Shown: positions 49,647 through 57,930 of the stretch, piece by piece
How the letters are laid out: each line of letters begins with the position of its first letter
Position numbering within the stretch: position 1 is the first letter of the stretch
From: Rhabdothermincola salaria
GTDB lineage: Bacteria > Actinomycetota > Acidimicrobiia > Acidimicrobiales > Acidimicrobilacustridaceae
Direction of reading: 5' to 3'
Assembly (NCBI RefSeq): GCF_021246445.1
Contig: NZ_JAJQXW010000002.1
Span: 372,001-436,000, forward strand
DNA: 64,000 nucleotides
The notes under the pieces: generated by a model
Told to the model about the DNA's origin: nothing
Database searches by the model: none
The model's input: only the letters and a program-made list of their open reading frames with translations
Program-made: the position numbers and the translations under genes

Positions 49647-50423
49647 TCAGGCCAAGGCCAGCTCGCCGCCCACCCGGATCGGGCCCGGACGGACCGTGTC
49701 GGCGTACACCCCGATGTGGTTGGCGTGCAGCGCCTCCATGACCGCGTACATGCCCGGCTGGGGCTCGAGGCCCGGCTGGCCCCGCAACGGCATGGCGCAG
49801 CGCACGGTGGCCATGCGCACCGCCACCGTCGCCCCGTCGACCTCGACCTGTCGTCCCACCCAGGTGTCCTCGGTGAACGCCGCACCGGGGTCGGCGCCCT
49901 CGTCCAGCTCGATCACCACGTTGGGGCGGAAACGGCGCACGTCCCAGTCGAGGTCGGGGTCCTCCGCCCGGGCCCGGGCCAGGGTGGCCGTGCTCACCAG
50001 GTGCAGGGCGGCCAGGTCGAGGAACGACCCGGCGGGGGCCGGGATGTCGATCATCTCGGCGGCGTCGTTCGGGGGGTCGAACGTCATCTCGTAGGCCACC
50101 TCCGTGGCCGGATCCACGTGGCGCAGCTCCACCTCCCGGTCGAGCCACTCCGAGGCGAACCGCGAGCCCTCGGGGTCGCCGGCCACGAACTCGGCCCCGG
50201 TGGGCAGCACCACCACGACCTGGTCGCCCTCGGTGGTGGCCCGCCCGTGGAACAACGCGGCATGGCGCTTGGCGCTCAGCAGCTTGCCGGTGGCGCCGTC
50301 GACGAGCGCCCAGGCCCGGTCGCCCTCGATCCCACCCGCTGCGAGGGAGAGCGAGTCCACCCGCTCACCCTGCAGGGACTTCACGGGGAACCGCCACAGC
50401 TCGTCGACTCGACCGATCGTCAT
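49647..50423 (-). CDS. MOSC domain protein
   Basis: LWRFPVKSLQGE, GDRAWALVD, RRFRPNVVI, conserved RC. Confidence 0.9.
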   Translation of the reverse strand: MTIGRVDELWRFPVKSLQGERVDSLSLAAGGIEGDRAWALVDGATGKLLSAKRHAALFHGRATTEGDQVVVVLPTGAEFVAGDPEGSRFASEWLDREVELRHVDPATEVAYEMTFDPPNDAAEMIDIPAPAGSFLDLAALHLVSTATLARARAEDPDLDWDVRRFRPNVVIELDEGADPGAAFTEDTWVGRQVEVDGATVAVRMATVRCAMPLRGQPGLEPQPGMYAVMEALHANHIGVYADTVRPGPIRVGGELALA

Positions 50424-50517
50424 CGATCCATCCTGACCCAGCTGCTCCATGATCGGTCGCCACCGCCACCGCCACCGCCGCCGGCCGGGGCCGACCACCG
50501 ACGCGAGCCGGGGAGGC

Positions 50518-51387
50518 TCACGCGCACCGCACCACCAGAGCTCGCCACTCGCCGTCGGCGGCGGTGGTGGCCAGCTGGGCGCCTTCCGCCTCGAAGGCGG
50601 CGGTCACCAGGTCGACCTGGTCCTGCAGCAGTCCGCTCAGCACCACGGTGCCACCGGGGGCGGTGCGGGCCACCACCATCGGGGCCAGCGCCGTGAGCGT
50701 GGCGGCGCCGATGTTGGCCACCACCACGGTGAACTCCCCCGTCACCTCGGCCAGGGACGGCCGCACCACCCGGACGCGGTCGGCGACGTCGTTCTCGGCC
50801 GCGTTGGCGGTCGTGGCCCGGTGGGCCTCGGGGTCTATGTCCACGGCCACCACCTCGTCGGCCCCCAACAGCGCGGCGGCCACGGCCAGCACCCCGCTGC
50901 CACAACCGACGTCGAGGACCCTCGCCCCCGGCGCGACCTGGGCCTCGAGCTCTCCCATGCACAGGCGGGTGGTGGCGTGGGCGCCGCTGCCGAAGGCTCG
51001 ACCAGGGTCGAGGTGCACGACGACGTCGTCGACGCCGACCCAGGCCGGGGCGTCCTGCCAGGCGGGCACGACGACCAGGCGGCTACCCGCCCGCCACGGT
51101 CGGGCGTAGGCCTTCCAGGCGTCGAGCCAAGCGTCGTCCTCCACCGGCACCACGTCGGCGGACCAACGGCCATCGAGCGCCCGCAAGGCCTCCGGTGCCA
51201 ACTCGGCCGTGGTCCCGGCCCAGAGCTGCACGCACGAGCCCTCCGTCGTCGGGCACGGCACTGCGACGGACCGCTCCTCGATGCCGGCCACACCGGCCGA
51301 CCACAGGACACCGGCGGCCAGGTCGGCCTCCTCGGCAGGGACGGTGACGCGGAGCGTGACCCACGGTTCGGTCGTCAGGTCCAGCAC
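50518..51387 (-). CDS. prmA: 50S ribosomal protein L11 methyltransferase
   Basis: LDPGRAFGSGAHATTRLC, VLDVGCGSGVL, VVANI, LSGLL; start uncertain. Confidence 0.9.
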   Translation of the reverse strand: MLDLTTEPWVTLRVTVPAEEADLAAGVLWSAGVAGIEERSVAVPCPTTEGSCVQLWAGTTAELAPEALRALDGRWSADVVPVEDDAWLDAWKAYARPWRAGSRLVVVPAWQDAPAWVGVDDVVVHLDPGRAFGSGAHATTRLCMGELEAQVAPGARVLDVGCGSGVLAVAAALLGADEVVAVDIDPEAHRATTANAAENDVADRVRVVRPSLAEVTGEFTVVVANIGAATLTALAPMVVARTAPGGTVVLSGLLQDQVDLVTAAFEAEGAQLATTAADGEWRALVVRCA

Positions 51388-51491
51388 GAGCGGTGAGGGT
51401 AGGTCCCGGCCCGCGATCGGGTCGAGCTGCCGGGGGGTGACACTTCCCACACGTCTCGCGGGCCACCCCTGCGGCGCCAGATGGCCCCGGA

Positions 51492-51728
51492 TCAGTTGCC
51501 GCCGCTGGCCCGCAGCATGGTCAGGGCCTGCTTGCACCCCTCGCACACCGGGTACTGCTCGGGGTCACGCGTCGGGATGAAGCGCTCGCCGCACAGGGCG
51601 ATCACCTCTTCGCCCATCACGTAGCCGCGCATCTGGTCGTCCTTGCGGATGATGTGGGCGACCTTGCCCTCCTCGAGCCCCGGGTCGGAGGGACGGGTGT
51701 CGGGCCGTTCGGTGACATCGGTGCTCAC
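51492..51728 (-). CDS. DUF3039 family protein
   Basis: AHII...VIALCG..FIP.RDP..YPVC..C. Confidence 0.85.
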   Translation of the reverse strand: MSTDVTERPDTRPSDPGLEEGKVAHIIRKDDQMRGYVMGEEVIALCGERFIPTRDPEQYPVCEGCKQALTMLRASGGN

Positions 51729-51792
51729 CCGCCCAGCCTACCGAGTGGGCCGGGCCGGGCCCGATCGTGGTCGCCCGGGCCCCGGTCGGCGC

Positions 51793-53130
51793 TCAACCAC
51801 CCGAGGTCGACCAGTGCCAGGGCTCGCTCGGGAGGTTGAACAGCCCGTAGCGGGCGGCGTTGGCCGCCAACCACACGAACCCCGGGTCGCTCCGGCTGGT
51901 GATGAAGCGGCCGTTGGCGGTGAAGTCGATGGCGAGGCCCCGTTCGTGGTTGGACATCCCGGGCCGTGCCGTGGGCGGCGAGCACAGGTCCGGAGGCATG
52001 TCCCAGATGGCGTACTGGCTGGTCCCGCAGTTCTGGCGCCGCAGCGCGATCTGCGACTCGCTGCTGCGGTAGCCGCTGCCCCCGAGGCTGATGCCGGCGG
52101 AGCGGGCGGCGTCGAGCAGGGCCGCGACGTTGTCGGCGATGGAGGCGGCCACGGTGATCCCGCCGACCGTGCGCAGCGCCGGCGCCGAGGGGCTGGGACG
52201 CGGTGCAGAGGTGGTCGGCGGGCTCGTGGGCGCGGGAGACGGCGCCGGCGCGGGAGCCGGGGCACCGCCACCCTGCGTGGGAGGGGCCGTCGGAGCGGGG
52301 GCAGGGTTCGTCGGCCCCGGGTCCGAAGGGGCCGGCGGGGGCGGCGGGGGCGGCGGCGGGGCCAACCGGGCCAACGCGGCCGCCACCGCGGCCTCCTCTT
52401 CTCGGATGGTCCGGGCCAGCTCGGCGTCGAGCTCCTCCAGCGCGGCGGCATCGGACAGCCGCTGGTCGAGCCGGGCGCGCAGCGCGGCGGCGAACGCGGC
52501 CTGCTCGTCGCGGGCCGCGGTCAGCGATGCCACCGCCCGCTCGGCGGCCACGGCGTCGGCCTCGGCGTCCACCCGGGCCGCCTCCGCCCGCCGGACCTCC
52601 TCGTCGAGGCGACGCTGGGCGACCCGCACCTGGTCGATGACGTCGACGTCACGACCCGTCCGCATGGTCAGCAGCGCTCGGCGGGTGGCGTCCTCCTGGG
52701 CGGATCCGGCCTCCAGGCGGCGCAGGAGCTCGTCGGCCGGCGGGTCGACGTAGGCGGACACCGCGAACTGCTTCAGGCGTTGCTGCAGACCCATCAGCTC
52801 GAGGGCCTGGACCTCGGCGGCGGCGCGGGCCTCGGCGGCGCGCGTCGCGCTGGCGTCGGCGACCTCGGCGGCGGTGGCCGCCGCCTGCTGTTGCGCCGCC
52901 ACGTTCGCCTCGAGGGCGACGAGGGCATCGGTGACCTGGGCCTGGTCCGCGCTGAGGGCGTCGACCTCCCGGGCCACCTGGGCCTGCTCGCGACGCACCT
53001 CCTCGCGCTCGGCCCGTGCGCTCTGGGCCGGGGCAGGAGCGGGCACGAGCCCGAGGAAGGCCAGCGCACCGAGCGCGCCAGCGACGACACGCACGCGGCG
53101 ATGGCGGGGCAACACGAGTGGCAGGGGCAT
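51793..53130 (-). CDS. secreted coiled-coil protein with Pro-rich linker and M15/VanY-type peptidoglycan peptidase
   Basis: Signal peptide, long coiled coil, SGYRS, PGMSNHERGLAIDF, EPWHWS. Confidence 0.88.
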   Translation of the reverse strand: MPLPLVLPRHRRVRVVAGALGALAFLGLVPAPAPAQSARAEREEVRREQAQVAREVDALSADQAQVTDALVALEANVAAQQQAAATAAEVADASATRAAEARAAAEVQALELMGLQQRLKQFAVSAYVDPPADELLRRLEAGSAQEDATRRALLTMRTGRDVDVIDQVRVAQRRLDEEVRRAEAARVDAEADAVAAERAVASLTAARDEQAAFAAALRARLDQRLSDAAALEELDAELARTIREEEAAVAAALARLAPPPPPPPPPAPSDPGPTNPAPAPTAPPTQGGGAPAPAPAPSPAPTSPPTTSAPRPSPSAPALRTVGGITVAASIADNVAALLDAARSAGISLGGSGYRSSESQIALRRQNCGTSQYAIWDMPPDLCSPPTARPGMSNHERGLAIDFTANGRFITSRSDPGFVWLAANAARYGLFNLPSEPWHWSTSGG

Positions 53131-53270
53131 GGCGGTCCTCGGTCGATCGACACGGTCGACGATCAAAGGAAGGCCCATGCTCCGCCCGGGAACAGCGAAA
53201 AGGTAGCGCAGGGCGGGGGCGCGCACCAGGGTCGGTGGGTTGGACCCGGGCGCAGCGCTACCGTCGGAGC

Positions 53271-53921
53271 ATGCCCACCGCCCCGACGGACCGCGCCGAA
53301 CCGGACCACCGACCGCCTCCCCCGGACGGCAGCGGGGAGCTCGACACCATCGAAGCGGTGGCGTGGCGGCGCCGCTCGAACCTGCGGGTCGACCCCGACC
53401 GCGCCATTCCCCACGACCTCGTCGAACGCCTCTGCCGGCTGGCCTCCTGGGCCCCCAACCACCACAAGACCCGACCCTGGAAGTTCTGTGCGGTCACCGG
53501 CAGCGGCCGCACCGCACTCGGTGCGGCGCTCGCCCAGGAGCTCGCCGGCGGTGGCGAGGAGAACCCGGCCAAGATCGCCAAGGCCCGCATGAAGTACACC
53601 CGGGCCCCGCTGGTGCTGGTGGTGGCATCGAGCGACGGCCCCGACGAGGTGTGCACGGCCGAGAACCGCGACGCCGTGTCGGCGGCGGTGCAGAACCTCC
53701 TGCTGGGCGCCACCGCCTCGGGCCTGGCGTCGCTGTGGTCCACCGGGGCCGCCGCCCGCAGCGCCCGCGTGGCCGAGGTGTGCGGCTTCGACCCGACCGA
53801 CACGGTCGTGGGCCTGGTGTACCTGGGCTGGCCCATCGCCGAGGCCAACGCCCCGGTCGACCGCCCCGAGCCGTTCCTCTGCGTCCTCGACGAGGACCCC
53901 TCCCCCGATCCGGTCACCTGA
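53271..53921 (+). CDS. nitroreductase family protein (YdjA-like)
   Basis: RRS, WAPNHHKTRPWKF, AAVQNLLL, GLASLWSTG. Confidence 0.9.
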   Translation: MPTAPTDRAEPDHRPPPPDGSGELDTIEAVAWRRRSNLRVDPDRAIPHDLVERLCRLASWAPNHHKTRPWKFCAVTGSGRTALGAALAQELAGGGEENPAKIAKARMKYTRAPLVLVVASSDGPDEVCTAENRDAVSAAVQNLLLGATASGLASLWSTGAAARSARVAEVCGFDPTDTVVGLVYLGWPIAEANAPVDRPEPFLCVLDEDPSPDPVT

Positions 53922-54481
53922 TGGCCGCCGACTTCGAGGTGGCCCGCAAGGCCCGCATCCGGCGACTGTGGTCGAGCGCCGCATGGTGGATCTTCGTGGC
54001 CGTGTTCGTCTACAACGCCGCCGGCCTGGGCCAGGCCTTCTTCTGGATCCCGGCCGCCTTGTTCGGTGTCGCCGCCGCCGCCACCACCCGCCTGGCCTTC
54101 TCGTCCACCGCGCCGGAACGCTTCGCGCCCTGGCCGGACGCGCTGGCCGAGGCAACCGAGGACCGGCCCTTCGAGACGCCCGCGCACTGGGCCGCCTTCG
54201 AGGGCAACCGTCCGTCGGTGTCCAAGCCGGGGCGATTGCGGGTGGCCGACGGACGGATCTCGTTCTTCACCCTCGACGACGAGGTCCGCTTCGACCTCCC
54301 CGTCGAGAAGATCGAGCTGCCGCTGAAGCCCAGCTTCTCACGGCCCATGCTGCAGATCGACGTGGGCGAGAGCCGTCACCTGATCCGCATGTTCCCGGTC
54401 TGGGACCTGGGGGCCACCTTCGTCGGGCCGGTGGTCGTCGGCGAGTGGTACGACCAGCTCCACGACCTCGGGGCCTCCTGA
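53921..54481 (+). CDS. hypothetical 2-TM membrane protein
   Basis: TGATG overlap with the nitroreductase; two TM helices, then a beta-rich domain. Confidence 0.7.
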   Translation: MAADFEVARKARIRRLWSSAAWWIFVAVFVYNAAGLGQAFFWIPAALFGVAAAATTRLAFSSTAPERFAPWPDALAEATEDRPFETPAHWAAFEGNRPSVSKPGRLRVADGRISFFTLDDEVRFDLPVEKIELPLKPSFSRPMLQIDVGESRHLIRMFPVWDLGATFVGPVVVGEWYDQLHDLGAS

Positions 54482-54491
54482 GCCCCACCCC

Positions 54492-55139
54492 GTGAACGGC
54501 ACCGGCTCGGGCCCTGCGCCCCACGCCGACCCGAACCCGTTGCGGAGCCGGGCCCGGCGCCGTCGCCGCGTCGAGCTGCTCGCCGGGTGGGTGGTGCTGG
54601 TGGTGCTGGTGGTGGCCCTCGTGGCCGGTGGTCCCTGGCTGCTGGTCATCCCCGGGCTGGCCGTCGCCGCGCTGGTGCTGGCCAACACGGTGGCCGCCGC
54701 CACGGGCCGTGGTCCCGAGGAGCAGGCCCTCACCCCCGGCCGCCTGTCGCGGGCCGCGCCGGACCGAGATCCGGTGGCGGTGCCGGCCACCTGGGCGCCT
54801 CGCCGCCACGCCCCCGACCGCCACCGCCACGAGGGCCAGCTCCGCTGGGGCGACGGTCGCCTCCGCTTCACCGTCGAGCGAGCGGCGGCCGGGCGACGGA
54901 CGACGGCGGCGTCGCCGCTGTCGGGGATGTGCCTCCTCGACGCCGAACCGTGGGAGCTGCGCCTCGGACCGGCCCCGACCCTGTGGCGACCCCAGCTGGT
55001 GCTCCACCACGGGGCCGACACCCATGTCCTGGATCTGTGCCCGGGCTGGGACCTGGCCGGCGTCGGCGTCGGGGTGCTCCTGGCTGCCGAGTGGCACCAC
55101 CAGCTCGAGGGGGTCGGCGTCGACACCGCCACGCCGTGA
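54492..55139 (+). CDS. hypothetical 2-TM membrane protein, paralog of the preceding gene
   Basis: Shares a C-terminal P.WDL...G....EW..QL..G pattern with 53921-54481. Confidence 0.65.
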   Translation: MNGTGSGPAPHADPNPLRSRARRRRRVELLAGWVVLVVLVVALVAGGPWLLVIPGLAVAALVLANTVAAATGRGPEEQALTPGRLSRAAPDRDPVAVPATWAPRRHAPDRHRHEGQLRWGDGRLRFTVERAAAGRRTTAASPLSGMCLLDAEPWELRLGPAPTLWRPQLVLHHGADTHVLDLCPGWDLAGVGVGVLLAAEWHHQLEGVGVDTATP

Positions 55140-55181
55140 CGGGGGGCATCCGACGACACCGGTCGCGGCGCGCTGCGACGC

Positions 55182-55631
55182 TCAGGACCACCGCAGCCCG
55201 TGGTCGTCGACCGCGGCCTCGAGCGCCCGCACCAGCGCCTCGGGCTCGCCCCCGCAGGCGTCGAGGGCCCCGGCGTCGAGCACCATCACCGCCTCGGTGC
55301 GATCCGACACGCTCCCGGCCGAGGCCACCAGCGCCACCACGCACGGGGTGCGGCCGTCGGTCAGGGCCACCACCTCGGGGGCGCGTTCGTCGAGGTGGAC
55401 CAGGTCGAACGGCACGGGCAGACCGGCTGCGCAGCGGGCGAACTCCGGCTTGGCCCGGAACGGGCCATGGGTGATGTCGCACAGGGCGCAGTGGGCTCGG
55501 CCGAGGCGGGCCCCCACCCAGTAGGCCACCTCCCCGGTGAGGCTGCCCTTGGCGTGGTAGACGCCCACCAGCCGCACCACGCGTGATCCCCGTGGGTCGG
55601 GGGCCGGGTCGGCACCGTCGGTGTCGGTCAC
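55182..55631 (-). CDS. conserved hypothetical protein with HCxxC motif
   Basis: LVGVYHAKG, HCALCDITHG, HLDER; start overlaps the amine oxidase stop. Confidence 0.7.
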   Translation of the reverse strand: MTDTDGADPAPDPRGSRVVRLVGVYHAKGSLTGEVAYWVGARLGRAHCALCDITHGPFRAKPEFARCAAGLPVPFDLVHLDERAPEVVALTDGRTPCVVALVASAGSVSDRTEAVMVLDAGALDACGGEPEALVRALEAAVDDHGLRWS

Positions 55632-57016
55632 GGGCGCAGGATCCGCCGGATCTCGTCGGCCGTGCGCTCACCGGATTCCACCGCGCCGTCCATGTACCCG
55701 CTCCACACCGTGCCGGTCTCGGCCCCCGCCCAGTGGAGGGGCCCGCAGGGGCGGGTGAGGGCGGGGCCGAGCTGCGTCCAGGCGCCGGGCGGGAGGTGGG
55801 CGCCGTAGCAGCCGCGCGTCCACTCCTCCGCCTGCCAGTCCTGGGCCACGAACTCCACCGGGTGGGCGGCGCGAGGCCCGAAGTGGTGCACCAGGGCGCC
55901 CAGCACCGCCCCGCGTCGGTCGTCGGGGCCGAGCCGACCGAGCTCGATGGCCGACCGGCCCTCGACGAAGGCCAGCAGCACTCCCGGGGTCCCCGACGGC
56001 GGCGAGTTGTCGAACGTGACCTTCACCGGCGGTCGGTCGGTGGCGGCTTGGCCGTTGAGGCCGTCGTCGCGCCAGAACGGGGTCTCGTAGACCGCCATCG
56101 TCTTGATGACGGCGCCGGCGGGCATGCGCTGGGTGAGCTGATCGCGGTCGGCGGGGAGCGCCGGGGCGTAGGCGATCCGTCCGGCGAGCGTGGGCGGCAC
56201 GGCCACGATCGCCCGGCGGGCCCGCACGACGAGCCCGTCGGCCCGCACTTCGACCCCACCACCGGCGGCCGGACCGTGGGCGATGCTGCGCACCGGGTGA
56301 CCCAGGCGGACCCGGTCGCCGAGGGAGGCGGCCATCCGCACGGCGATGAGCTGGGTGCCGCCGACGACGCGGTCCTGCTGGGCCCCGCCCCGGGTGCTCA
56401 ACAAGGCGTCGACCCCGGTGCCGGAGTGGACGTAGAAGAGCGCGTGCAGCGCCGAGAACGAGGTGGGCTCGGCGGCGAAGACGGCGTCGGCGACCGTGCG
56501 GAGGTACTCGGCGCCGGCCCGGGTGAAGGTGGACCGGCGGATCCAGGTCTCCCACGTCATCCGGTCGAGCCGTTCGGCGTCGGGCGCCTCCCACGGCGCG
56601 TCCAGCGGCACCCGCCGAGCCTGGCGGTCCAGCCGGGTCTGGGCCTGGAGCACGTCGGCCAGCACGAACGGGCTGAGGCGCGGGTACGGCCCGCGGTAGC
56701 GCCGCAGGTCGCCGCCCAAGCCCACCAAGCTGTCGCCTCGCGTCCAGGTGGGGTGGGTGGCGAGGCCGAGCTCGTCGAGGAGGGCGTGGATGCGGTGCTG
56801 GCCGGGACCGACCCACTGGCCCCCCACCTCCACTACCGAGCCGTCGGCCAAGGTGTGGTCGAGCAGGCGGCCGCCCACACGGTCACGGGCCTCGACCACG
56901 ACCACGTCGAGGCCGTCGGCCACCAGGCGCCGGGCCGCGGTCAGCCCCGCCAGCCCGGCCCCGACCACCACGACGTCGGTCTCCACGAACTCGCTCTCGG
57001 CCCCCCGATCGCCCAT
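55628..57016 (-). CDS. flavin monoamine oxidase family protein
   Basis: VGAGLAGL, EARDRVGGR, GGQWVG, WAGAET..WSGYMDGAVESG. Confidence 0.93.
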   Translation of the reverse strand: MGDRGAESEFVETDVVVVGAGLAGLTAARRLVADGLDVVVVEARDRVGGRLLDHTLADGSVVEVGGQWVGPGQHRIHALLDELGLATHPTWTRGDSLVGLGGDLRRYRGPYPRLSPFVLADVLQAQTRLDRQARRVPLDAPWEAPDAERLDRMTWETWIRRSTFTRAGAEYLRTVADAVFAAEPTSFSALHALFYVHSGTGVDALLSTRGGAQQDRVVGGTQLIAVRMAASLGDRVRLGHPVRSIAHGPAAGGGVEVRADGLVVRARRAIVAVPPTLAGRIAYAPALPADRDQLTQRMPAGAVIKTMAVYETPFWRDDGLNGQAATDRPPVKVTFDNSPPSGTPGVLLAFVEGRSAIELGRLGPDDRRGAVLGALVHHFGPRAAHPVEFVAQDWQAEEWTRGCYGAHLPPGAWTQLGPALTRPCGPLHWAGAETGTVWSGYMDGAVESGERTADEIRRILRP

Positions 57017-57074
57017 GGTCCGCGAGTCTGCCAGCCCCCTCGGCGTCGAGGACGTCCGTGCCAGCATGGGCCCC

Positions 57075-57860
57075 ATGACCGACGTCGCGCCCCCCGTGGA
57101 CCCTTCCCTCGTCGATGACGCGGTGGCCATCGCCACGGAGGCCGGGGCGCTCACCCTGCGGTGGTTCGCCGACGAGAGCCTCGAGGTGGAGAAGAAGGGC
57201 GACGGGACTCCCGTCACCGCGGCCGACAAGGCCGCCGAGCGCCGGGTGCGCGAGCTGCTGGCCGCCCGCCACCCCGACGACGCCGTGCTGGGCGAGGAGG
57301 AGGACGACGTCGAGGGCACCTCCGGTCGTCGCTGGATCGTCGATCCCATCGACGGCACCAAGGCCTTCACCCGCGGCGTCCCGCTCTACTCCACCCTCCT
57401 CGCCGTCATCGACGAGCACGGGCCGGCGGTCGGCGTGATCGATCTGCCTGCGCTCGGCCACACCGTGTGGGCCGGCCGGGGACGGGGCTGCTTCCTCGAC
57501 GGCCACCCCACCGGCGTGAGCGGGCGCAGCGAGCCCGCCGATTGCGTGCTGTCCACCAGCGGCTACTCGTGGTGGCCCGACGCGGCCCTCCTGGCCGTGA
57601 AGCACGCCGGCTTCCAGCTGCGCACGTGGGGCGACGGCTACGGGTACGCCCTGGTGGCCACTGGCGCCATCGAGGCCATGGTCGATCCGGAGGTGTCGCT
57701 GTGGGACGTGGCCCCCATGCCGGTGATCGTGTCCGAGGCCGGGGGTCGCTTCACCGACGCGGAGGGCGCCGAGCTCGATCTGCGCCCGGGGGCCAGGGTC
57801 TCCGGTGTGGCCACCAACGGCCTCGTGCACGACCACGTCCTCGCCTGCCTGGGCGACTGA
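57075..57860 (+). CDS. hisN: inositol monophosphatase family, histidinol-phosphatase-like
   Basis: TPVTAAD, GEE, WIVDPIDGTKAF, RTWGD.YGY, WDVAP. Confidence 0.8.
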   Translation: MTDVAPPVDPSLVDDAVAIATEAGALTLRWFADESLEVEKKGDGTPVTAADKAAERRVRELLAARHPDDAVLGEEEDDVEGTSGRRWIVDPIDGTKAFTRGVPLYSTLLAVIDEHGPAVGVIDLPALGHTVWAGRGRGCFLDGHPTGVSGRSEPADCVLSTSGYSWWPDAALLAVKHAGFQLRTWGDGYGYALVATGAIEAMVDPEVSLWDVAPMPVIVSEAGGRFTDAEGAELDLRPGARVSGVATNGLVHDHVLACLGD

Positions 57861-57930
57861 AGCCCCGGTGGCCCACCAGTCCGCGGTTCGCCGACGTGAC
57901 CGCCGTTCGCGAGTGGGCGAACATGGCCCG

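Noticed and set aside
50458..50482. (CGCCAC)n short repeat between prmA and the MOSC gene
   Set aside because: Only about three copies of a GC-rich hexamer, with no evidence of function.
52190..52365. Poly-G/C rich low-complexity stretch
   Set aside because: It encodes the Pro-rich linker of the M15 peptidase, which is ordinary for secreted actinobacterial wall hydrolases.
53131..53260. c-di-AMP (ydaO) riboswitch ahead of the peptidoglycan peptidase
   Set aside because: The leader is short and I could not find the conserved ydaO motifs; an Rfam scan would settle it.
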